From assembly GCF_963921235.1 (NCBI RefSeq), contig NC_086097.1:83392001-83456000 (forward strand): DNA of 64,000 bases, read 5' to 3'. Both the position numbers and the translations under genes were made by a program. A model generated the notes under the pieces. The model was not told the DNA's origin. It searched no databases and was given only the letters and a program-made list of their open reading frames with translations. Numbering within the stretch: position 1 is the stretch's first letter; each line of letters begins with the position of its first letter. The stretch comes from Mobula hypostoma (Eukaryota). Below, piece by piece: positions 39,077-49,844 of the stretch.

Positions 39077-40319
39077 TGTCATGGTCTGGTCCGTGAAGTC
39101 CGCATTCCAGTCGTCATTCCAGTCCACATTCCAGTTCACAGTCCAGTCCGTGGACTCGACTCCGGGTCTTCCAGCTGTCCCTTGTTTTGGTTGAGTTAAT
39201 CATAGGCAGCTGATTCCCATCTTGGGGCTTGGAATATAAGTAGCCTTGGGGTTGAGTGTGAGCTACTGGTTTGTTTTGTCAATATTTCCTGGAGCAACCT
39301 GCTGGTGGAAGGCTGGAGCGGCCACTTGCCATCTTTAGGCTGTGTTGGGGAACCATCCCCTCATGAAGCCTTGCTGTCAGTAGTCGGAGCTGCCTTTGCA
39401 GTATGGATTTGGCTGTTTCTCGGGCCAGCTGAGTGGCTGCCAGCTACTCTGAGCTAGGTAGGGATCTGGCTGTTTCTGTAGCCAGCTGAGGTTGCTGGCC
39501 GAACTGCGACTCAGAGCAACCCCGATGCAGAGATGGAACTGTCTGTCGATCTTCGGTGTTTGTCTCTTCTTGTCCTCGCCTCTGTGGGACAAGTCAAGCT
39601 GTTTTGGATTGCCCTGCACGGAGGTCCTGTCTTGTCTTGTCTTTGCCACTGTTGGGTAAGTCCGGCTGTTCTGCCATTACCCGACAGATGGACCTGTCCC
39701 ACCTTGGTGTGGAGATAAAGTTGAGTCCCGGCTCTATGTCTATGTACTGTCCAGTCTCATGTTAGTGTCGTGTTAAAGATGAGTCCCAACTTTTCGAAGG
39801 ATAAGTCCCGGTTCTATGTTGATGTACAGTTCCCAGTCTGTCTCCGAGCTCCAGCCTCTGAGTTATCAGCCTCTGCATTCCAAGACTCAAGACCCCAGCC
39901 TGCAGCCTCCAGCCTCAAGACCCCAGCCTGCAGCCTCAAGCCTCAAGACCCAAGCCTGCAGCCTCCAGCCTCAAGACCCTAGCCTGTCTCCAAGCTCAAG
40001 CCTCAAGACCCCAGCCTTGTCCTGTCCTGTAGTCATGTCATGTCCTTCCCTGGTTCTGGGGCCCGAGCCCGAGGAAAGACCCAGGTTCTGGGTCCTTGTC
40101 CAGTCTTTGGCTCGGAGCCCAAGCCCAGGTTCCTAGTGCATAGTTCCTTGTCCGGGTTCCCTGTCCTTTCCATGTCCTAGTCCAAGTCTGTGTTCTTGTC
40201 CCTGCTCTTTGTCTGTATCCTGTCATGTCCCTACTCTAGTCAAGTCCTGTTCCTAGTACTTCATTGTCAGTGTCTGTGTCTTGTATTTGGGTCCGCCATC
40301 AACGCCCCCCTTTGTGACA
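39077..40319. mobile_element. Solo LTR (1243 bp), Gypsy-type termini
   Basis: Begins TGTCA and ends TGACA, flanked by the 5-bp duplication CATCC (39072-39076 and 40320-40324). Removing it restores the Penelope sequence. Confidence 0.85.
39880..40017. repeat. Imperfect minisatellite (about 28-nt unit cagcctcaagaccccagcctgcagcctc) within the solo LTR
   Basis: About five tandem imperfect copies are directly visible. Confidence 0.85.
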
Positions 40320-40720
40320 CATCCCTTCCCACCAATCTCCCTCCTGGCACTTATCCTTGTAAGCATAACAAGTGCTACACCTGCCCTTACACATCCTCTC
40401 TCACCAACATTCAGGGCCCCAGACAGTCCTAGTAAAATCATTTTTATTACGTAAATAAATAACTTGAAAATTATATATGGGTAAATTTCAGAGTTTGAAG
40501 ATGACACCAAATTTCAAATTGATGAGCGGAAAGAATGAAGAGAATCAATACAGCCTGGGCAAAGTTCCTGAAACCAAGAATAAGACTAAGATATAGGAGC
40601 AGAATTAGGCCATTTGGCCCATCAAGTCTGCTCCACCATTTCATCACAGCTGATCCATTTTCCTTCTCACCCCAATTTTCTGCCTTCTCCCCATATCCAT
40701 TCATGCCCTGACTAAAGCCT

Positions 40721-42455
40721 AGTACTTTGGATCTGTCTTCACTAGGGAAGACACAAATAATCTCCCAGATGTAATAGTGGCCAGAGGACCTAGGGTAATG
40801 GAGGAACTGAAGGAGATTTACATTAGGCAGAAAATGGTGTTGGATAGACTGATGGGACTGAAGGCTGATAAATCCCCAGGGCCTGATGGTCTGCACCCCA
40901 GGGTACTTAAGGAGGTGGCTCTAGAAATCGTGGACGCATTGATAATTATTTTCCAATGTTCTATAGATTCAGGATCAGTTCCTGAGGACTGGAGGGTAGC
41001 TAATGTTATCCCACTTCTTAAGAAAGGTGGGAGAGAGAAAACAGGGAATTATCGACCAGTTAGCCTGACATCAGTGGTGGGGAAGATGCTGGAGTCAATT
41101 ATAAAGGATGAAATAGTGGCACATTTGGATAGCAATAACAGGATTGGTCTGAGTCAGCATGGATTTACAAAGGGGAAATCATGCTTGACTAATCTTCTGG
41201 AATTTTTTTGAGGATGTAACTATGAAAATGGACAAGGGAGAGCCAGTGGATGTAGTGTACCAGAACTTTCAGAAAGCCTTTGATAAGGTCCCACATAGGA
41301 GATTAGTGGGGAAAATTAGAGCACATGGTATTGGGGGTAGGGTACTGACATGGATAGAAAATTGGTTGGCAGACAAGAAACAAAGAGTAGGGATTAATGG
41401 GTCCTTTTCAGAATGGTAGGTGGTGTCTAGTGGGGTACCGCAAGGCTCGGTGCTGGGACCGCAGCTATTTACAATATACATGCATGATTAAAATGAAGGG
41501 ATTAAAAGTAACATTAGCAAATTTGCCGATGACACAAAGCTGGGTGGCAGTGTGAAATGTGCGGAGGATGTTGAGATAATGCAGGATGACTTGGGCAGGT
41601 TGGGTGAGTGGGCAGATGCATGGCAGATGCAGTTTAATGTGGATAAATGTGAGGTTATCCACTTTGGTGGCAAGAACAGGAAGGCAGATTACTATCTGAA
41701 TGGTGTTAAGTTAGGAAAAGGGGAAGGACAACGAGATCTGGGTGTCCTTCTTCATCAGTCGCTGAAAGTAAGCATGGAGGTACAGCAGGCAGTGAAGAAA
41801 GCTAATGGCATGTTGGCCTTCATAACAAGGGGAGTTGAGTATAGGAGCAAAGAGGTCCTTCTGCAGTTGTACAGGGCCCTAGTGAGACCACATCTGGAGT
41901 ATTGTGTACAGTTTTGGTCACCAAATTTGAGGAAGGACATTCTTGCTATTGAGGGAGTGCAGCGGAGGTTCACGAGGTTAATTCCCGGGATGGTGGGACT
42001 GTCATATGTTGAAAGATTGGAGCGACTGGGCTTGTATACACTGGAATTTAGAAGGATGAGAGGGGATCTGAGTGAAACATGTAAAATTATTAAGGGATTG
42101 GACACGCTAGAGGCAGGAAACATGTTCCTGATGTTGGGGGAGTCCAGAACCAGAGGCCACAATTTGAGAATAAGGGGTAGGCCATTTAGAACGGAGTTGA
42201 GGAAAAACTTTTTCACCCAGAGAGTTGTCGATCTGCGGAATGCTCTACCTCAGAAGGCTGTGGAGGCCAAGTCTCTGGATGCTTTCAAGAAAGAGTTAGA
42301 TAGAGCTCTTAATGATAGCGGAGTCAAGGGATATGGGGAGAAGGCAGGAACGGGGTACTGATTGTGGATGATCAGCCATGATCACAGTGAATGGCAGTGC
42401 TGGCTCAAAGGGCTGAATGGCCTACTCCTGCACCTATTGTCTATTGTCTATTGTC
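40721..42455 (+). mobile_element. Young CR1 LINE, 5'-truncated, near-intact RT region
   Basis: KSPGPDGLHPRVLKE, NYRPVSLTSVVGK, QHGFTKGKSCLTNLLEFF, FQKAFDKVPH, KFADDTKL; few stops; (TATTGTC)3 tail. Sits inside a minus-strand CR1 3' end (40585-40720 and 42456-42665). Confidence 0.95.
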
Positions 42456-42689
42456 AGAGCCATCAAACATTCTTCATATGACAAACCTTTCAATCCTGGA
42501 ATCATCTTTGTGAGCCTCCTTTGAACCCTCTCTAATGTCAGCATATCCTTTCTTGGATAAGCAGCCAAAAGGTGCTGACAATACTCTAAGTGAGCCTCAC
42601 CGGTGCTTTATAAAGCCTTAACATTACATCCTCGCTCTTATATTCTAGTCCTCTCAAAATGAATAGCACCCCACACTTATGTTAATGAA

Positions 42690-43290
42690 AATTGTAAGAT
42701 TTGTTGAGAGGAAAATTGATAAAACATTAGGATTTGTAGGCTTTATAGATAAAGACATAGAATACAAAAGCAGGGAACAATGTTAATCACAACTACAATA
42801 TCCCATTCTATTGTGTCCATTACACAATATGGGAAGGATGTCCGGATACTAGAAATGGTACAAAATAAATTACTTGAATGACTCCAGAAAGGAGGAAATC
42901 TAGCTATAAAGTTATACTGGAGAAGCTGGGGTTAGAGCAGAGAAGATTAAGATGTGATTTCATGGAGGCAGGAGAGGATTCAAGGAGATAAGCAGAGAAG
43001 AGACATTCCCATCAGCAGTTCAAGTTCTTGGGACATAGATTCAAACATATGGGGAAAGGTGCAAGTATAATGAAAGGAACAGCACTCTTCATAAAGAGAA
43101 ATGGGTCTAAACTAGAAGTTACAACTGTAGGTATGGTGTAAACAAGTACCATCAGGATTTATGAGAAGGAAATAGATAGGCACTTGAGGGGAAATAATTC
43201 ACAAGGGAAAAAGCAGAGGAATTCAGTCTGTATTGCTCTACAATGAGTCAGTATGTGCTCAGTGGGTAAAATAGCCTCTTGTGCCATAAA
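42690..43290 (+). mobile_element. Old CR1 LINE 3' remnant
   Basis: atagaatacaaaagcaggga...ggaaggatgt...ctagaaatggtaca...ctggagaagctggggttagagcagagaagattaaga follows the CR1 ORF2 C-terminal motif order. Confidence 0.55.
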
Positions 43291-44454
43291 AATTCAATGA
43301 TCCACTGTTGGCTAAAATACATTAATAACTGTGTACAGGGCCCAACATTCCCATACTTTGTCATTCAATAAGTGTAGATTGTTGGGATTTTTTTAAGCAG
43401 AGATTGATTCAGGTTTACTGTTTGAACTTTTCACAGAACCTACAAACAAACAGGACAAAGCCATTTATGTATGTCTTCCAGTCATTTTTAAAATCACATA
43501 CCGAATCGATTAAATCACTTTTTAGAATTTATTCTGAACTTTCCTTTGCTCTTCTATTCTTGTCGGAGCTTTGAATTTAACTGATTCCCATGCCCAGCCA
43601 TGCAGTCAGGCGAATTTATGCTATGTGACTCAAGTTGGGCAGTATAAGAATAATATTAGCAAAACACATCACGTACATGTTGTAGCATAAACCTGATCAG
43701 ACATCCTTTTCCTTCTGATGTTTTCCACCCATGAAAAATTGAAAAATGTAATTAACTGATAATGTGGAGTGACTACTTCAAAGCATTACAGATCTTTCCT
43801 CCAAGTGTGCTTTGATTGGCCAGATTAACCCATTCAAATTCATTCACAGATGTTTGTATTGTTACCGTAATCTGCTTGCCCTTATTTATTGTAACTTGGT
43901 TTTTTTCCCACCAGTATGTAAGCATGTAGGCATATATTGCACTAGTTAGTTACCACAATATACTCAATTACAAGTTTTTCTGCCTGAAACATTCATCAAT
44001 AGTTATTGCCAGGGGAAATGTGTTTTGAATTGCCAACTCTCTCAATTTTTGCAATATTACAATAAACCTAAAGATTTTCAGAATCTGAGTTCAGCTACTC
44101 TGGGAAACTATACCACAGTGCTTTCTGTTCTCATACGATAGTTTCACGAGTTTTCCTGCTGTGGGGCGACTCAGGTGTTTTATTTGACAAGACTGGCAGC
44201 ACAGCTATACACACTGGCAGAAGTGAAAATAGTCCATTCCTGATAACTCGTTACTGCAGCTAAAGATTATAGTCCACTTCACTGAATTTCGAATGACCTT
44301 TTCAATAACCAGTACTTGTGCATTACTAAGAGAGTATTTATTTGTTGGCTTCAATTGGGAGATAATCATTGGGTCTAATGTGCCTTATTGTCTGAATATT
44401 TTAGCAGGCTGTTAATCCTTAAACTAGAATTAGAGCCTCAGCACCTTATGACAG

Positions 44455-44606
44455 TGCAGTGGTGCATCTTAAAGTGCTACTACCCCTCAGCTCCTGGGTT
44501 CAATCGCTACACTACATGGGCACTCACAACATGAAATTTGTACATCCTCCTTGTGACCACGTAGGTTTCCTCAAAGTTCTCAAGTTTTCTTCCAAATCCC
44601 AAAAGT
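44455..44606 (+). mobile_element. Degenerate tRNA-derived SINE (HE1/V-SINE-like)
   Basis: B-box-like cctgggttcaatc followed by tttgtacatcctccttgtgaccacgtaggtttcctc...tttcttccaaatcccaaaag, resembling the V-SINE central domain. Confidence 0.55.
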
Positions 44607-44670
44607 AGGTTTACTTGCTACTGTGAATTATCTTTTGTATACATGAATGCCAAGAGGATCAGTGGGATTT

Positions 44671-45365
44671 AAACGCAAACAACAGGAATTCTGCAGATGC
44701 TGGAAATTCAAGCAACACACATCAAAGTTGCTGGTGAACGCAGCAGGCCAAGCAGCATCTATAGGAAGAGGCGCAGTCGACGTTTCAGGCCGAGACCCTT
44801 CGTCAGGACTAACTGAAGGAAGAGTGAGTAAGGGATTTGAAAGCTGGAGGGGGAGGGGGAGATGCAAAATGATAGGAGAAGACAGGAGGGGGAGGGATAG
44901 AGCCGAGAGCTGGACAGGTGATAGGCAAAAGGGGATACGAGAGGATCATGGGACAGGAGGTCCGGGAAGAAAGACAAGGGGGGGGTGACCCAGAGGATGA
45001 GCAAGAGGTATATTCAGAGGGACAGAGGGAGAAAAAGGAGAGTGAGAGAAAGAATGTGTGCATAAAAATGAGTAACAGATGGGGTACGAGGGGGAGGTGG
45101 GGCCTTAGCGGAAGTTAGAGAAGTCGATGTTCATGCCATCAGGTTGGAGGCTACCCAGAAGGAATATAAGGTGTTGTTCCTCCAACCTGAGTGTGGCTTC
45201 ATCTTTACAGTAGAGGAGGCCGTGGATAGACATGTCAGAATGGGAATGGGATGTGGAATTAAAATGTGTGGCCACTGGGAGATCCTGCTTTCTCTGGCGG
45301 ACAGAGCGTAGATGTTCAGCAAAGCGGTCTCCCAGTCTGCGTCGGGTCTCACCAATATATAAAAG
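44671..45365 (-). mobile_element. Penelope-like element 3' end with GIY-YIG endonuclease C-terminus
   Basis: LLYIGETRRRLGDRFAEHLRSVRQRKQDLPVATHFNSTSHSHSDMSIHGL..LRLEEQHLIFLLGSLQPDGMNIDF* is open to the natural stop, followed by the terminal repeat with a hammerhead. Confidence 0.9.
44774..44815 (-). ncRNA. Minimal type I hammerhead ribozyme motif (Penelope-associated)
   Basis: Minus strand AGTC-CTGACGA-AGG(GTCTCGG)CCT-GAAA-CGTC-GACT: intact CUGANGA and GAAA core, GUC cleavage triplet, palindromic ACGT in place of stem III. Confidence 0.78.
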
Positions 45366-45964
45366 GAAGTTGATTGGCATATAGGGGAGAACCCGTTACA
45401 GGGATGGGACTAATGGGAATGCTGTTAGAGAGCTGGCAGAGATTCAAGGAGCTGAAGTTACTCCAATCTAAAACATTACTTAACTTCTCAACTCTCATAG
45501 TTCATATATGAGGGGTCTTCAAGGTGAGCATCAGCCTGGTGCTGCATACTGTGCAGTATCCCTTGCCATGGATAAAAGACATTTTTATATTTTTACATCT
45601 TTGGCAGGCAGGCAGAGGTTTTCAAATATTGACTTATCATATTGACTTATCACAAGCCCATCTGCAAATGAAAAATGAGGAGTCAAGCAGGAAGTTCCTC
45701 ACAATCAACACTCACAAGGGACTGTTTCAGTATCTTTGGCATCAGATCATCTCCAGCAACTTGGCAAACAGCAATGGACCAAGTGCTCCAAGATATCCCA
45801 GGAACACAATGTTACCCTGATGACATCATTGTGACTGGCAAGAATAATGAAGAGCATTTCCAGAAGCTTGGTAAAGTGCTTACCAGGCTGAGTGAGTATG
45901 GTCTGCGCACAAAGGGAGAGAAATGTGAGTTTTTCCAAGAATGGAATCTTATATTGTGGACATG

Positions 45965-46369
45965 AAGAATGAGAGAAGATATTATAGAAACATATAAAAT
46001 TATGAAATGGATAGATAAGATAGAGGCAGGAAAGTTGTTTCCACTGGTAGATGAGTCTAGAACTAGGGGATATAGCCTCAAGATTCGGCGGAGTAGATTT
46101 ATGATGGAGATGAGGAGGAACTACTTTTCCCAGAGAGTGATGAATCTGTGGAATTCTCTGCACAATGAAGCAGCAGAGACTACCTCAGTAAATATATTTA
46201 AGACAAGGCTGGATAGATTTCTGCATAGTAGGGGACTTAAAGGTTATGGGGAAAAGGCAGGTAGGTGGAGATGGGTCCATAGCCAGATTGGCCATGATCT
46301 TATTGAATGGCGGAGTAGGCTTGACGGGACAGATGGCCGACTCCTGCTCCTATTTCTTATGTTCTTATG
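45965..46369 (+). mobile_element. CR1 3' fragment inserted in Gypsy RT
   Basis: MREDIIETYKIMK..FSQRVMNLWNSL..KGYGEKAG; (ttcttatg) tail. The Gypsy frame YCGH|VID rejoins on removal. Confidence 0.85.
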
Positions 46370-47093
46370 TCATTGACAAGCATGGCTTACATATGTCACA
46401 AGAGAAAATTGAAGCAGTGCTACAGACATCCAGACTGGAAAAGTGTGTCACAACTCAGGTCATACTTGGGCCTTGTAAACTACTACCACCAGTTTCTCCC
46501 AAACATTGCTACAGTGCTGCACCCATTGAATGCATTGTTACAGACATGAGCAAAGTCAGAATGGTCAGAAGGATGTGAAAAAGTATTCAGGGAAACAAAG
46601 AGGCTAGGAACATCAATGAGCTCCTCACCTGTTATGACCCATCCCTACCCATCAGACTGACTTGTGATGTATCCCCTTGTGGCATTGGAGCTGTTTTGAT
46701 ACACACTATGAAAGATGGATCTGAATGCCCAATTGCGTAAGCTTCAAGATCACTGACAAACACAGATCGCAACTATGCACAGATCGACTGAGAGGTCCTT
46801 AGTCTCGTATGGGGAATAAAGAAGATTCAGCACCAACTCTACAGACAAATGTTTATGCTAGTGACATATCAACAGCCCGTGGTGTCCAGTTCCAATCCCA
46901 GGAAGGGAATTCTAGTGATGACTGCTACCCGGTTACAATGTCCACTATTCCTAGGAGCCCACTCTTATGACACAGAGTTCAAGGGTACCAAGCAACACAG
47001 CAACTCTGATGGCTTGTCCTGTCTTCCACTACCGGCAACTGAAGAAGAAAATTCTTCATCCTGTGACCCAGCAGAAGTGTTCCACACCACAAT

Positions 47094-47826
47094 AGAACAG
47101 TAGAACAGTAGAACAGAGGGATCCAGGAATAATGGTGCATAGTTCCCTGAAGGTGGAATCTCATGTGGATAGGGTGGTGAAGAAAGCTTTTGGTATGCTG
47201 GCCTTTATAAATCAGAGCATTGAGTATAGGAGTTGGGATGTAATGCTGATTTTGTATAAGGCATTGGTGAGGCCAAATTTGGAGTATTGTGTACAGTTCT
47301 GGTGGCCAAATTATACGAAAGATGTCAATAAAATTGAAAGAGTACAGAGGAGATTTACTAAAATGTTGCCTGGGTTTCATCTCCTAAGTTACAGAGAAGG
47401 GTTGAACAAGTTGGGTCTTTATTCTTTGGAGCGTAGAAGGTTGAGGGGGGACGATAGAGGTATTTAAAATTATGATGGGGATAGATAGAGTTGACGTGGA
47501 TAGGCTTTTTCCATTGAGAGTGGGGGAGATTCAAACAAGAGGACATGAGTTGAGAGTTAAAGGGCAAAAGTTTAGAGGTAACATGAGGGGGAACTTCTTT
47601 ACTCAGAGAGTGGTAGCTGTATGGAATGAGCTTCCAGCAGAAGTGGTTGAGGCAGGTTCGATGTTGTCATTTAAAGTTAAATTGGATAGATATATGGACA
47701 GGAAAGGAATGGAGGGTTATGGGCTGAGTGCAGGTTGGTGGGACTAAGTGAGAGTAAGAGTTCAGCACAGACTAGAAGGGCCAAGATGGCCTGTTTCCGT
47801 GCTGTAATTGTTATATGGTTATATGG
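47094..47826 (+). mobile_element. CR1 3' fragment inserted in Gypsy
   Basis: VVKKAFGMLAFINQSIEYRSWDVML..LYSLERRRLRG; (gttatatg) tail; caat duplicated at 47090-47093 and 47827-47830. Confidence 0.88.
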
Positions 47827-49844
47827 CAATGGTGGACCAGTTGGCGGTTACAAATTCCAAAATACACAGGGAAACAAGGAATAACCCAACATTGTCAAAA
47901 GTCTATGAAATCACCATGCAGGAATGGCTAGCTCAGGGTAACTCTATGTTTCCAGAGTTCTCAGTGAGATGAGACCAACTGTCGGTATGTCAAGGAACTC
48001 TGATGTGTGGATCTCGTGTTGTAGTTCCCTCTAAACTGCACTAGAGTGTTAGAAAAAGACACCTGGGTACACCTGCATGAAGGACACCTGTGTACACCTG
48101 CATGAAGGACGCCTGGGTACAGTCAAGATAAAGAGTCTCATCCGGAGCAATGTATGGTGGCCTGGAATAGATACACAGATTGAAGACTAGGGAAAAAGCT
48201 GTTCAGGATGACAACAAGTTCAAAAGGCACCGTTACATCCTTGGGAGTGGGCATCGTCACCACGGCAAAGAGTACATATTGACTTTGCAGGGCCATTCAT
48301 CGACTCCATGTTTCAGATTGTTGTTGATGCTCATTCAAAGTGGCCGAAGGTTATACCAATGAAGTCAACCACCTCAGCAAAGACTCCATTCTATCTTCAC
48401 CAGAAACAGCTTACCAGAACAAATTCTGAGTGACAATAGACCACAATACATGTCAGAAGAATTCTGACTGTTCATGAGGAAAAATGGCATCAGTTATTTC
48501 AAGTCAGCTCCTCGCCACCCAGCAACAAGAGGATTATCCAAACTTTCAACAAGTCCATTAAAGTGACGGACAAGAAGGATATTTCTCTACGGCACAAGGT
48601 GGACAAATTCCTTTTTGTGTATCAGAACTCTGTTCATATGGCGACAAATCAAACACCTCCAGCGCTGTCCATGGACAGGAATCTGAGACCTCGCAAAGAC
48701 CACCTGAAACTTCATCTACAAAGGAAAGTGCAGAATAAGCAGTTCAGCCAGCTGCCAGCGAAGCACCCAGGAGTTTCAAAATTGGACAGGAACCCAACTG
48801 CATGATTACTGAGAAGACAAGTGGACATCCAGTAGGATAGCTACAAGAACTGGACCACTGATGTACACAGTGGATGTTGGAGATCAGACATGGAGACGTC
48901 ATGTGGACCAGATATTGGATGCTCAACCGAAGAACACACCTGAGTTGACTGCATCCAACAAGACAGACATGTTACAGCCTTACCTTCAGTGATGATCATG
49001 TCACCAACAGCAACGTGACACCGGAAACTGAGAACATTGTCTTAGACAAGACACCTACCAAACCTGACGCCACTCCACAGGTTCAAAGGTGCTATCCTGA
49101 AAGAAACAGAGCACCATCTAAAAGACTGAACCTTTAGAACTGTGAAGTTACTTATGGATTATTATTGTGAAAGCATGTTTATATGGAATATGGGTTTATG
49201 GAACGGAAATTGAATGGTTTGTACAGATACAGTTGATGTTGCATTAATCTAAAGGGGGGAGGAAGTGTAATGTATGGATCTATTTCTTTTAGAGCAATGA
49301 CTCCACCCCCCAGCCCTACATATTGATCTGTTGTCTATGCGTGCTCATTGTTTTCTCTCTCTCTCTCTCTCGTTGCAATGTGAATACACCAGTTAAAGCC
49401 ATTTCCTGCATGTGCGCTTCTATTTAATTGATATGTAGTTGTGCACAGACACAATAGATGCAAGTTAAACAGTACACAGATAATACCACAGAGTATGTCC
49501 TCTACAATCTGCCACTAATGTGTGTCTGAACTCATAATGCCTGCTCTATTCCTTTGCATCTAATTGTTACACCAAGGCACACACATTTACAAACACGTGC
49601 TAAAATACAGTTTCTGGAACAAGTATAGACACCCCACTGGTATCCCAAACCTTCAATAACCACCCTTGGTAACTGGTGGCCCCATCTCACCAACTTAGCA
49701 CACAAAGTTTAGTCTCTTACATAAACAAACATATACGTACACACACACCACACCACTTTTATTTACCATTTCAGCTCTCCGCTGAATACCTCGCAGTCCC
49801 ATGTAGCCACCAACATGAAGAGGTGCAAGTGTGAGTGCTAATTT

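Larger units (their letters stand above)
38118..40430. mobile_element. Penelope-like element with internal inversion, interrupted by a solo LTR
   Basis: Minus part 38118-38905: QSFQVRRHFTCELSGVIYCIWCSRCSLLYIGET (GIY-YIG) plus terminal repeat. Plus part 38905-39076 and 40320-40430: LTYHTTSLRVQHIILRNF...PTNLPPGTYPCKHNKCYTCPYTSSLTNIQGPRQS. Confidence 0.82.
45504..49456 (+). mobile_element. Degenerate Gypsy LTR retrotransposon, 3' half (RT, RNase H, integrase, PPT, 3' LTR)
   Basis: FLTINTHKGLFQY, SPATWQTAMDQVLQDIPGTQCYPDDIIVTG, LRSYLGLVNYY, LTCDVSPCGIGAVL, LHEGHLG, VHIDFAGPF, LSDNRPQY. PPT aaaggggggaggaag then LTR from TGTAA at 49266. Confidence 0.88.

Noticed and set aside
39816..40136. Pro/Ser/Gln-rich ORF as a novel protein, or the repeats as a CRISPR array
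   Set aside because: It arises from a minisatellite in a solo LTR; no unique spacers, no cas genes, vertebrate context.
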